Positions 9,754 through 18,800 of a stretch of 64,000 nt of DNA are shown here, piece after piece. A program made the translations under genes and the position numbers. Positions within the stretch are counted from its first letter, which is position 1; each line of letters begins with the position of its first letter. Origin of the DNA: an uncultured Phascolarctobacterium sp. (GTDB lineage: Bacteria; Bacillota; Negativicutes; Acidaminococcales; Acidaminococcaceae); the NCBI GenBank assembly GCA_905207485.1, contig CAJLLL010000002.1:10015-74014 (forward strand). The letters are read 5' to 3'. The notes under the pieces were generated by a model. The model was not told where the DNA came from. It saw only the letters and a program-made list of their open reading frames with translations, and searched no databases.

Positions 9754-10644
9754 TTATTTTTTCCCGGCAAAACGCTGCCGGCCGTCTTTCCAACGGTCAT
9801 GCACCCAGAACCACATCGGCGGGTTTTCAATAATTTCATGTTCCAGCACCGTTATAAGTTCCTTGGTAACATCATAATAATCTTTTTCCTTATCGCCGGT
9901 TTTCGGCGTATACAGCGGCGGATAAATCTTCGCGCGCAAAGTGCCGTCCGGGTTGTTGTGCATAAAAATCGGCAATATCGGCGAACCGTACAAACGCGAC
10001 AGCACAGCAGGCCCGTAAGGCGTTATGCATTTTTTGCCGAAAATCTCTATTTCTACGCCATCATCATTGGTATCCTGGTCAAACAACACGCCCAGCAAAT
10101 TTTTTTCCTTCAGCATGCGGCTGATTGCCAAAAGACCGGATTTACCGCGGTTATAAGCAACCTTCTGCCCAACCATTTCACGGTATTCGTTAATAAAGCG
10201 GTCCATCTGCCCATTATTTTGCTTGCGCGTTATGGATAACATCGGATAGCCATGCAGCGCCACCGTTGCACCAAGCAGTTCCCAGTTGCCAAAATGGCCT
10301 GTCGCCATAATAACGCCCTTATTTTCTTTATAAGCAGCTTCCAGGTATTCCAACCCTTCAACTGTTACAAGCTGGTCAATGTTCTCCGGCTTTAAAAGCG
10401 GAAAACGCATAACTTCCACAATCATCCTGCCAAAGCGGTGCAGACTGTCTTCAGCAATCTGCCTGGCGCGCTTTTCATCCACGCCAAGGCATTCCTGCAC
10501 ATTGGCAGCCGCCATTTTAAGACGCCATTCCGGCGTAGCCAAAACAGCCACGCTGCCTAAAAAATGCGCCACGCCGCTGCGGATGAATTTTGGCGAAACA
10601 CACATCAGCCAGCTGAAAAATTTAACAATATGATAAGCAATCAA
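9754..10644 (-). CDS. Lipid A biosynthesis late acyltransferase (LpxL/HtrB family, LPLAT)
   Basis: 296 aa with the acyltransferase HX4E motif (ATGHFGNWE) and an N-terminal membrane anchor. It sits between lpxD and lpxC. Confidence 0.75.
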   Translation of the reverse strand: MIAYHIVKFFSWLMCVSPKFIRSGVAHFLGSVAVLATPEWRLKMAAANVQECLGVDEKRARQIAEDSLHRFGRMIVEVMRFPLLKPENIDQLVTVEGLEYLEAAYKENKGVIMATGHFGNWELLGATVALHGYPMLSITRKQNNGQMDRFINEYREMVGQKVAYNRGKSGLLAISRMLKEKNLLGVLFDQDTNDDGVEIEIFGKKCITPYGPAVLSRLYGSPILPIFMHNNPDGTLRAKIYPPLYTPKTGDKEKDYYDVTKELITVLEHEIIENPPMWFWVHDRWKDGRQRFAGKK

Positions 10645-10664
10645 CTAACAACACGTCCTGCAAA

Positions 10665-11696
10665 TTATTTCTTTAATTCGGCCAAAGCCTTTTCCAGTTC
10701 CTTAACCTTCTTCACAAGGTCGCCTACTTTGCGCAGATTAGCTTCCTGCTTCAGCCAGTCTTTATACGGCTGCGCCGGGAAGCCGGCACATACGGAATTA
10801 TCCGGAATATTATGGGTAATGCCGGTTCTGCCCGCAAACTGGCAGTTATTGCCGATAGTGATGTGGCCAACAGTGCCAACCTGACCGGCAAATACGCAGT
10901 TATCACCAGCAGTTACGCTGCCGCTGATGCCAACATGCGCCACAACCAGGCAGTTTTTGCCAAGCACATCATTATGGCCGAGATGCACGAGGTTATCAAT
11001 TTTAGTACCTGCGCCAACTACGGTACTACCGGCCGTTGCCCTGTCTATGCAGGAGTTGCTGCCGATTTCCACTTCGTCTTCCAGCACAACATTGCCTGCC
11101 TGCAGTACAAAGCTGTGTTTGCCGGTAGTTTTATCGGTAATATAGCCAAAACCGTCACCGCCGATAACTGCTCCGGACTGTAAAACTATTTTATTGCCAA
11201 GCACGCATCCCTCACGGATGGTAGAACTTGGATAAAAAAGGCAGTCTGTGCCTGTTTTTACATTTCTGCCCACATAAACATGCGGATAAATTACGGTACC
11301 ATCGCCAATCTCCGCACCATCATCAATATAAGCAAATGCCATGATAGCCACGTTTTTGCCGATTTTCGCTGTCGGCGCAACATAAGCCCTGTCGCTTACA
11401 ACGCGTTCAACTTCAGCTCTGTGGCGGAACAATTCAAGCAGCGCGGCAAAAGCTGCACGCGGATTTTCCACGCGGATGACCGGGCGGTCATCCGGCAGTT
11501 TGGGGTCATTAAAGCCCAAAACCATTACGCCTGCCTTGCTTAAATGGCAATGTTCAACATGCGGCGGCACAGCAAACGAAATATCATTAGGCCCTGCTTC
11601 CACCAGGCCATTAACACCGGTAACTTTCAGTTCCGACGCGTCATTTTCAAGTTTACCCTGCAAAAATTCTGCTAATTCACGGACAGTTTTTTCCAT
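10665..11696 (-). CDS. lpxD: UDP-3-O-acylglucosamine N-acyltransferase
   Basis: 343 aa with an N-terminal LpxD domain and a C-terminal hexapeptide-repeat beta-helix. Confidence 0.9.
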   Translation of the reverse strand: MEKTVRELAEFLQGKLENDASELKVTGVNGLVEAGPNDISFAVPPHVEHCHLSKAGVMVLGFNDPKLPDDRPVIRVENPRAAFAALLELFRHRAEVERVVSDRAYVAPTAKIGKNVAIMAFAYIDDGAEIGDGTVIYPHVYVGRNVKTGTDCLFYPSSTIREGCVLGNKIVLQSGAVIGGDGFGYITDKTTGKHSFVLQAGNVVLEDEVEIGSNSCIDRATAGSTVVGAGTKIDNLVHLGHNDVLGKNCLVVAHVGISGSVTAGDNCVFAGQVGTVGHITIGNNCQFAGRTGITHNIPDNSVCAGFPAQPYKDWLKQEANLRKVGDLVKKVKELEKALAELKK

Positions 11697-11726
11697 CTTG
11701 CAGCCTCCTGTACAATCCGGCTATTT

Positions 11727-11752
11727 AAAAAGCGGGCAGCCTTGCCGCCCGC
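11727..11752 (-). terminator. Putative (possibly partial) intrinsic terminator between skp and lpxD
   Basis: Minus-strand hairpin gcgggcggcaaggctgcccgc followed by UUUUU, 14 nt after the skp stop. Confidence 0.4.
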
Positions 11753-11765
11753 CATCTTACCGGTT

Positions 11766-12233
11766 TTATTTCATTTTGGCAATTACGTCCTGCGTTACAT
11801 CAACGCCGCCCTGCGGTACAGCATCTTTAATCAAAACAGCGCCTAAGCCTTTTTCTTTTGCCACTTCATTCAATGCGGTATCAAGGCTGGCTTTTAATTT
11901 ATTCTGCGCTTCAGAGCGGATAACATTCATTTTGGAAGTATAATCTTCCATAACTTTTTTGCGTTCATCGCCGGTTTTGCCTTCCAGCGCCGTATTCATT
12001 TCATCCTGCAAGGCTTTACCTTTAGTAGTTACTTCTTCCTGCACGGTTTTTACAATTGCAGCCTGGCTTTCAACAGCACGCATGTCTACCACGCCAAACT
12101 CAGCGTTGCGGCCGGAGCAGCCAAAGGATAATAATGCCGTTGCCGCAAGCAGGCCGATGAAGCGATGTTCCAGAATCCCGGCACCGACCAAAAGCAGTAA
12201 AACAATGCAAACGGCAATAATTTGTTTTTTCAT
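11766..12233 (-). CDS. skp: OmpH/Skp-family periplasmic chaperone
   Basis: 155 aa with signal peptide/TM, a coiled-coil Lys/Glu-rich body, and a C-terminal KEKGLGAVLIKD motif typical of OmpH. Confidence 0.7.
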   Translation of the reverse strand: MKKQIIAVCIVLLLLVGAGILEHRFIGLLAATALLSFGCSGRNAEFGVVDMRAVESQAAIVKTVQEEVTTKGKALQDEMNTALEGKTGDERKKVMEDYTSKMNVIRSEAQNKLKASLDTALNEVAKEKGLGAVLIKDAVPQGGVDVTQDVIAKMK

Positions 12234-12248
12234 GTTTATTCGCTCCCG

Positions 12249-13163
12249 TTATTTTGATTTTTTAAGCTCTTTTATTACCTCTTGGGTAATATCATCTGCT
12301 TTTACATTAACTTTTACTTTATTAAAAACAATGGTATAACCGCGTTCTTTGGCAAGATACGCTACCTTGCTTTCAATGTCATGCCTGATTTCCGAAGCAA
12401 TCTTGTCATTGCCTTCTTTTATTTTATCAAGACGTTTGTCAATTACTTCAAGCACTTTATTAAATGCTGCCGGTCCCTGCTGCAAATCCTTATCGTCTTT
12501 GGCAATATCGTCCTGCAGCTTGCCGTTCAGCTCATCGCGCAGCCCGGCAGCATATTCTGCTATGCGCTGCTTCATTGCTTCACGCTCCGGAGCAGTTTTT
12601 TCGGCAATAATTTCGCTGCGCCTTTTATTAAGTTCAGACATTTTTCCGTCCATCTCTGCGCGTATCGCACGCAATTCATCCTGCAGCGCCTGGCGCTGCT
12701 CAGGTTTAATGCGTACAGCTTCAAGCTGGAGGCGGATATTAAACATTCTCAGCTGATACTCATTTTCAATGCTTTCGCGTTCTTCGGCGAGTATTTCATC
12801 GGCCTCAGCCGCAGCTTTTTCCAAAACAGCCTGAAATTCATGCTGCTCTATTTCGTTCTTTGCATACATTGAAGTACGGTAATCGGCTTCGTAATAACTG
12901 CTTTTACTGTTCTGTTTAATCTTCTGCAAAAGCGCCAAGCCCTGTATCTGTTTGCGGGCAATATCAGCCTGCTGGTCACGGTATGCCAGAAGTTTGTCAT
13001 ATTCTGCCTGCCCCTGCTTCAGCGCTTCGCTGCGCGGATGGCTTTTTACCGCTTCTTCCCAGTTAATGTAGGCAATCTTTTCTCCTGAACCGGGCAGATT
13101 TCCGCAGGCGCTTACGCAAAATACGGCTATGAACATCAATAATACAATTTGCAGATAACGCAT
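12249..13163 (-). CDS. OmpH/Skp-like lipoprotein with extended coiled-coil
   Basis: 304 aa with a signal peptide and lipobox (VSAC). It has a long Glu/Arg/Lys-rich helical region, and its C-terminus (KERGYTIVFNK) matches the OmpH family. Confidence 0.6.
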   Translation of the reverse strand: MRYLQIVLLMFIAVFCVSACGNLPGSGEKIAYINWEEAVKSHPRSEALKQGQAEYDKLLAYRDQQADIARKQIQGLALLQKIKQNSKSSYYEADYRTSMYAKNEIEQHEFQAVLEKAAAEADEILAEERESIENEYQLRMFNIRLQLEAVRIKPEQRQALQDELRAIRAEMDGKMSELNKRRSEIIAEKTAPEREAMKQRIAEYAAGLRDELNGKLQDDIAKDDKDLQQGPAAFNKVLEVIDKRLDKIKEGNDKIASEIRHDIESKVAYLAKERGYTIVFNKVKVNVKADDITQEVIKELKKSK

Positions 13164-13219
13164 ACTATCTTCCTTTCATAGCCTTACAGCAAACAGGACC
13201 CTCTTGGGGTCCCGTAAAA

Positions 13220-13705
13220 TTATTTTCCGCTTTGCAAGGTTTTCGCCACTTCGTCAGTAATATCGAGACCACCGTAAACTACGGTATTTTTTTCAACTAC
13301 AACTGCCAGGCCTTTTTTGTCGGCAACTTTTTTAATGGCAGCTTCAATTTTCTGGAACACAGGTTCCATCAGGTCTTTTTCCTTGTTGGCAATTACTTCC
13401 TGCAGCTGCTGGTAATAACGCTGCTTTTCGGTATCATTCATATCTTTGCTTTTTTCGTCAAAGTTTTTCTGCTGTGTAGCAATTTCCTGTTTCATTGCTT
13501 CCTGCACACCGGCAATATCCGGAGACTGAGACAACAGCATCTGGTAGTTAACCACGCCGATAGCGGATTCGGAAGAAGCCGCTGAAGCAATGCTGCTGAA
13601 AGAACCCTGCTGTAAAGTAATGGCAAAACAGCTGAGTACGAAAATTGCGGCAACAAACAAAGAAATCATCTTAACATTTTTCGGATTGCGTAATTGCTGC
13701 ATCAT
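13220..13705 (-). CDS. skp: OmpH/Skp-family periplasmic chaperone
   Basis: 161 aa with a signal peptide, a coiled-coil body, and a C-terminal KKGLAVVVEKN OmpH signature. Confidence 0.7.
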   Translation of the reverse strand: MMQQLRNPKNVKMISLFVAAIFVLSCFAITLQQGSFSSIASAASSESAIGVVNYQMLLSQSPDIAGVQEAMKQEIATQQKNFDEKSKDMNDTEKQRYYQQLQEVIANKEKDLMEPVFQKIEAAIKKVADKKGLAVVVEKNTVVYGGLDITDEVAKTLQSGK

Positions 13706-13782
13706 AATAAATTATCCCTGCTTTCAAATTATGATTATATTTTTAATTATATCAGCCCTGCGTTTATCTTTCAACAATATGC

Positions 13783-15045
13783 CTACAAATTTCCCACAAT
13801 ACGGAAATACGGCTTATCGTTGGAATAAACGTACTCAGCGCTCAAAAATTCGTGGATTCTGTAACGCACTGCAATTTCCGTTGTATCTGTACCGGAAAAA
13901 TACTCGGTGCGCAGCCGCCATTTGCTGGTAAAATCATATTCGCCGCGGAATACGTTTTGCCCGTCCGGACTGCGGCGCATATAACTTAACGTTGCCTTTC
14001 CCCAGTGCCTTGCATAACCCGCGGAAAAATCCCATTCCACATCATCCAGAGTTACGCCGGCTTCGCCAAAAATTTCATCTCGTTTGGAGATAAATTTGCC
14101 GATATGCGCACGGCCGGAAATATTATCTTCATTGCGTCCAATATCTCCGTAACCTTCAAACCAGATTTTGTACTTATCAGACCCCATGCCGATTTCTACA
14201 CCCAGCGTACTGCCGGGAACAAGTTTAACGGCAGGTGCAAGGTTATGCAGGCGTACCGATTTTTCATTCTGCAAATCTGTCAGCAGCATGCTTTCCAGTT
14301 CCTGCTGATGGCGTTTTACATATTCTACCGGCAGCCCGCGCAAAGCTTCCGCTTTTTCAGCATAACGCTGTTTCAAATCAAGCAGCAGAAGGTTCGGTAT
14401 GGACTCTGAGGTCATGGAATAATCTACGTTCTGCACAAGCTGTCCGACCGGATAAATTACAACCTGCACCACAGTGCGGTTATCTTCACGCACCACATCA
14501 ACGGCAGCTTTAAATTCCGGCAGTTTTTCCTCAACTTCGCTGCGGACAAGTCGGCGGAGTATACCGCCCGCCCAGTCATTAGCATCGACGGATGAACCCT
14601 TTATAATATACTCTATTCTTTCCTGCAATTCCGGCAGGCGCTTTTTTAAAAGCCCGGCTGTTCCTGCCTCCACGCCGGAAAACTGCAAATCAACAAATAC
14701 ATTTTCAACGGCTGCACTCCATGGCGCAACACGCATATCAATACTGGTAACGGCACCGGCATTTACACTGACGCTTTCCATCTGGTAACCCGTCAGCACG
14801 CGGTCTCCAACTTCTGCCAGGAGATGCTCGTAATCACCGCGCGCGGCGTTAATGTTAACGCTGTCTTTGTCAATAAAAAGCTGTTCTGCCACTACCTGCA
14901 TGCTTTTAGACATTCTATTTAACAGTACGCTGCTGGTACCGCCATTATCGGTAATATGCACCACCACGCTGTCAACAGGCTCTGCCCATGCAGGCGCAAC
15001 AGGCAGGCACAACAAACAGCACAGCAGAAACTTCCTTAACAACAT
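13783..15045 (-). CDS. Conserved hypothetical secreted protein of the OM cluster (function unknown)
   Basis: 420 aa with a cleavable signal peptide (LPVAPAWA-EP). The C-terminal ~150 aa show alternating hydrophobic/polar beta-strand periodicity. It sits 10 nt downstream of bamA on the same strand. Confidence 0.6.
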   Translation of the reverse strand: MLLRKFLLCCLLCLPVAPAWAEPVDSVVVHITDNGGTSSVLLNRMSKSMQVVAEQLFIDKDSVNINAARGDYEHLLAEVGDRVLTGYQMESVSVNAGAVTSIDMRVAPWSAAVENVFVDLQFSGVEAGTAGLLKKRLPELQERIEYIIKGSSVDANDWAGGILRRLVRSEVEEKLPEFKAAVDVVREDNRTVVQVVIYPVGQLVQNVDYSMTSESIPNLLLLDLKQRYAEKAEALRGLPVEYVKRHQQELESMLLTDLQNEKSVRLHNLAPAVKLVPGSTLGVEIGMGSDKYKIWFEGYGDIGRNEDNISGRAHIGKFISKRDEIFGEAGVTLDDVEWDFSAGYARHWGKATLSYMRRSPDGQNVFRGEYDFTSKWRLRTEYFSGTDTTEIAVRYRIHEFLSAEYVYSNDKPYFRIVGNL

Positions 15046-15055
15046 AACAGCCTAA

Positions 15056-17482
15056 TCAGAACTGTCCGCCGAAACTGAAGTGGAACATGCCACCGTCATC
15101 GCCCCAACCGTAATCCAGCTTAACAGGACCAAGCGGAGAATTAATACGCAGGCCTGCACCAAAACTGTTTTTAATCAGGCCCAGGTCAAAATCATCTTCA
15201 TGACGCTTATCCCATGCATAGCCATTATCGGTAAAGAGTACGCCCTGTACTTTTTTGATAATCGGGAAGCGATATTCCAAAGTTGCCTTCAGCATACTGT
15301 TGCCGCGGAACTGGTCATCTTCATAACCGCGCAGGGTATCACTGCCACCCATAGAGAAACGCTGGCTCAAAGGCATATCGCCGTCAGCCCAGCCTGCACC
15401 AAGGTTAAGCGCCCAAACATTTTCGCCACCGGCACGGTAGTAATAACGCCAGTCTGCCGTAAATTTGGTAAAATCAAAGTCACCGCCAAGGCCTGCCCAT
15501 TCTACACTGTAACCAATGCGTTTGCCTTCGTGCGGATCGTAAATGTTGTCACGCGAATCAAATACACGTCCGAATGTAATACTGCGTGTTACGCCAAAGT
15601 TTTCATCACGACGCTCTTTAGCAGTTGCAGGCATCCAGTCTTCATAATACTGGCTTCCTTGACTACCATCTGAAGGATGGAATCTATCTTCGTAATACTG
15701 GTCTATATCTCCTTCATATCCATCAGCCATACCTTCATAAATATCGTCACGGTTTTTCAGCGTTACATAGTTGCTGATAAACTCATTATCGGTTTTGCGG
15801 CTGAAGGTAAGTTCCTGACCACGTCGCTTTTTGTCATAACGTGCAATCTCATGCGCATCGATGTCATAATCTGCATATTCGTTGGTAACATCGTACAACA
15901 TTAAAGTTGCTTTGGTTTCTTTATCGTCAATCCACGGTTTTACATAAGTAAACTCGTAGTTCTTTTCATCTTCGCCGCCGAATTCCCAGCGTACATTAAC
16001 GCTGTCGCCGGTACCGCGGAAGTTTCTGTCACCAACAGAAACCATACCGATAAAGCCGTCAGCATTGCTGTAGCCTGCGCCGATGCCAAAAGTACCGGTA
16101 TTCATTTCCACAACGGTAATTTCAATTTCCACACCGTTCGGTTCCTGACCGGGATTCAGCTTAATGTTAACGTCTTCAAAATAACCGAGGTTATAAATGC
16201 GCTGCATGCTGCGGCGTGCGTCTTTGGCATTAAACGGCTCGCCTTTTTTCAGCTTCATTTCGCGCGTAATAACATAATCTTTGGTTTTTACATTGCCTTT
16301 TACTTTAAAATCCTCAACAATGCCTTCGTTAACCAGCAAAAGCAAAGTTCCGTCCGGCAGCATGCGTATATCAGCCACACGGGCAAGAATATAGCCCTGT
16401 TTGTTGTATTCTGCTTCCAGACGCTGCACTTTTACGTTAACGTCTTTAATATTAATGATTTCGTCTTTCGGCAAGTCAAGAATTTTTTCGATTTCAGAAG
16501 TAGAAATTTTGGTATTGCCTTCAACTTCAAGCTGTTTATAAACCGGGTTTTCCAATACATGATAAACAAGCTGCACGCCTTCCGGAACTTTTACAAACTC
16601 CGGCTGCAAATCATAATACCAGCCCAGGCCGTAAATTGCATGCAGGTCTTTGGCAAGGCCTTCCTGCGTAAGTTCCATGCCGGGTTTGGTAGTAATAACA
16701 GCTTCAATGTCTTCGGCTTTGGTAACTTTATTGCCAGTTACGGAAATTTTGGTAACAAACTGCCCAATATACGGAGCTGCCGGTTCACTGGCGCGCATCT
16801 GCTGCGCCACCGGCATATTTAAAACCGGTTCCTGTGCTACGGCATTGGTTTGAGGAGCCTGCTGCACAGCCTGCTGGGCTGTACGCTGCTGTTCAACTTC
16901 CGCTTCCCATTTCTGGCGTTCTTCCATTGTCATCGGACGCAGGCTGCCATCCGCCTCACGCACCATCGGTTCTTTAATTTCAGCAGGCTGATTTTCACCG
17001 GCAGTAACCTGCCCGTCGCTTTCATCTGCCGTAACAGCTTCATCCTGTACAGCAGCCGCGCCGCTTTCCTGTTCGGAAGCTGGCTGCTGCGCCGTTTCTT
17101 TCTGTTCCGGCTGTTCTACGCCGCTGCCGCCTTCACGCACAACGCCTTTGCCGGGAACAATTTCCACAATTCTGCCGCTGCCGGATTTGCCGCCGCTTTT
17201 ATAATTAGGATCAGAAATATCTTCAGCCGGATTATTGTGCATATAATAGGTATATTTACCGTCTTTACCCTTTTTAGGAAGGGATTTGCCTGATTCTTCC
17301 TGTGCCTTTCTGGCCTGTTCCAGCGCCTTCTGGCTGACAATCTGTTCCTTGCCGCCGATGGTCATTGTCTGGTTTGCAACTACATCTGCTGCATTTTGAG
17401 CCTGTTCGGCAGCCCATACCGGAGCTGCCATCAGCATAGCTGCCAGACTTAAAGACAACTGTGCATATTTTCTCTTGTTCAT
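15056..17482 (-). CDS. bamA: Outer membrane protein assembly factor BamA (Omp85 family)
   Basis: 808 aa with a signal peptide, a ~230-aa low-complexity region, then POTRA domains and a C-terminal Omp85 barrel ending ...FHFSFGGQF. Confidence 0.9.
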   Translation of the reverse strand: MNKRKYAQLSLSLAAMLMAAPVWAAEQAQNAADVVANQTMTIGGKEQIVSQKALEQARKAQEESGKSLPKKGKDGKYTYYMHNNPAEDISDPNYKSGGKSGSGRIVEIVPGKGVVREGGSGVEQPEQKETAQQPASEQESGAAAVQDEAVTADESDGQVTAGENQPAEIKEPMVREADGSLRPMTMEERQKWEAEVEQQRTAQQAVQQAPQTNAVAQEPVLNMPVAQQMRASEPAAPYIGQFVTKISVTGNKVTKAEDIEAVITTKPGMELTQEGLAKDLHAIYGLGWYYDLQPEFVKVPEGVQLVYHVLENPVYKQLEVEGNTKISTSEIEKILDLPKDEIINIKDVNVKVQRLEAEYNKQGYILARVADIRMLPDGTLLLLVNEGIVEDFKVKGNVKTKDYVITREMKLKKGEPFNAKDARRSMQRIYNLGYFEDVNIKLNPGQEPNGVEIEITVVEMNTGTFGIGAGYSNADGFIGMVSVGDRNFRGTGDSVNVRWEFGGEDEKNYEFTYVKPWIDDKETKATLMLYDVTNEYADYDIDAHEIARYDKKRRGQELTFSRKTDNEFISNYVTLKNRDDIYEGMADGYEGDIDQYYEDRFHPSDGSQGSQYYEDWMPATAKERRDENFGVTRSITFGRVFDSRDNIYDPHEGKRIGYSVEWAGLGGDFDFTKFTADWRYYYRAGGENVWALNLGAGWADGDMPLSQRFSMGGSDTLRGYEDDQFRGNSMLKATLEYRFPIIKKVQGVLFTDNGYAWDKRHEDDFDLGLIKNSFGAGLRINSPLGPVKLDYGWGDDGGMFHFSFGGQF

Positions 17483-17497
17483 TCAAATCCTCCCTGT

Positions 17498-17968
17498 TCA
17501 CTCAGCATCCTGCAGAACCTGCCTGCCTGTTCTGACAAGCTGCTGCATATCTTCTTCAGCTAAATAATTTGGATAACTGGTATTGCTGTTAATATTTAAC
17601 TCAGCCGCTGCCCGCTCTGTTTGCTGCGGCACCGGCTGTGCTGTAACTGTTTTGTCGGGCATCGGCGCATTTTCCTGCTGCTGCACTGAGGCTGAAGCAG
17701 GAATATTTGCAACTTCGTCCTGTGAAATGCCTGCATAAAGCCAGCCGCCATAACCAGCAAGCGCCAAAAGCACCGCCAAAATAGCTGCCAGCTTCTGCCT
17801 GTTCCAAACCGACACCAGCCCGCGTTTTTCACGCAGATAGCGGATTGACGCTTCTGCCAGCATCAAATCCAGTTCGCCGCGCAGTCCGTTGTTTTTGCGG
17901 AAGCTGCGGCTTGCATTGTCCAAGCTGCATTTCACATCATCGATATTATCATAAATGTCTTTCGCCAC
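17498..17968 (-). CDS. Membrane protein, candidate anti-sigma factor
   Basis: About 156 aa starting from the second GTG, which has an AAAGGAG RBS 7 nt upstream. It has a cytoplasmic N-terminus, one TM segment (LAAILAVLLALAGYGGWLYAG), and a Gln/Pro-rich extracytoplasmic tail. It lies immediately downstream of a sigma factor gene. Confidence 0.45.
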   Translation of the reverse strand: MAKDIYDNIDDVKCSLDNASRSFRKNNGLRGELDLMLAEASIRYLREKRGLVSVWNRQKLAAILAVLLALAGYGGWLYAGISQDEVANIPASASVQQQENAPMPDKTVTAQPVPQQTERAAAELNINSNTSYPNYLAEEDMQQLVRTGRQVLQDAE

Positions 17969-18119
17969 CGCTAAAACTCCTTTCTGCACAGATTAATTGA
18001 ATATATAATCCGTTTTTTCAGGATATTTTATCACGGTGAAATTTATTATATTTTCCCATATTTCAGCAATAAATGCAATAATCTGCAAAAAAAAGCCTGA
18101 CTTTACTGTTTTTCTTGCA

Positions 18120-18755
18120 TTAGCTTCTTTTTAAATCTGCAATAAAATGTGAGAGCATGCCGCGGATGCGTTTAACCCCGCGCTTTTGCAAACGATAGAT
18201 ATGCCCCAGACTGACGTTAATGCTGTCAGCCATATCGGCTGCGCTGCGGTCTTCAAGGTAAATGCCTGTCAAAACCTGCTGCTCTTTTTCCGGCAGGCGG
18301 TGCAAGGCCTGCGCCACCCTGTCGGTAATCATGCTCAGCTCAGCTTCTTCAAAAGGCGTACGCCCGGATGCTGCCAGCACATCTGCCCAGGCAACGCCGG
18401 CGGCATTGGTATCGTCCAGCGAAAAACTTCTGCCGTTGTCGTCCTGCTCCAAAAAATCAAGCATTCTGCCGCGGATGCGGTGCATGGCAAAAACGCTGAA
18501 CGCTACGCCTCGCGTATAATCATAACGCTCCGCAGCCTCCAAAAGCCCAAGCGTGCCTTCCTGCACCAGTTCCATCAGCTGAGGCTCCGGCAGTTTAAAG
18601 CCCGCCGCAATTTTAAACACTAACGGCTGGTAAGAAGTTATTAACTTGTTATAGGCCTCACGGTCGCCTCCGGCACTGAGCTGCCAAAGCTCCATTTCTT
18701 CCTCCCGGGAAAGAAGCGGCGTTTTCTGCAGCTCTGCCAGATATTCTTTCAGCAT
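18120..18755 (-). CDS. RNA polymerase sigma factor, sigma-70 family (group 3-like)
   Basis: About 211 aa starting from Met3, which has the better RBS spacing. Region 2 and 4 motifs are present (LSREEEMELW, LVFKIAAGF, GLLEAAERYD, and a C-terminal HTH SINVSLGHIYRLQKRG). Confidence 0.8.
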   Translation of the reverse strand: MLKEYLAELQKTPLLSREEEMELWQLSAGGDREAYNKLITSYQPLVFKIAAGFKLPEPQLMELVQEGTLGLLEAAERYDYTRGVAFSVFAMHRIRGRMLDFLEQDDNGRSFSLDDTNAAGVAWADVLAASGRTPFEEAELSMITDRVAQALHRLPEKEQQVLTGIYLEDRSAADMADSINVSLGHIYRLQKRGVKRIRGMLSHFIADLKRS

Positions 18756-18800
18756 GGGCATACCTTCCTTAAAGTTTAATCAATATATCTTAAACACTAC

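Noticed and set aside
17596-17832. Small minus-strand ORFs of 68 and 78 aa nested in the anti-sigma candidate region
   Set aside because: They are alternative frames of the same DNA, with Arg/Cys-rich nonsense composition.
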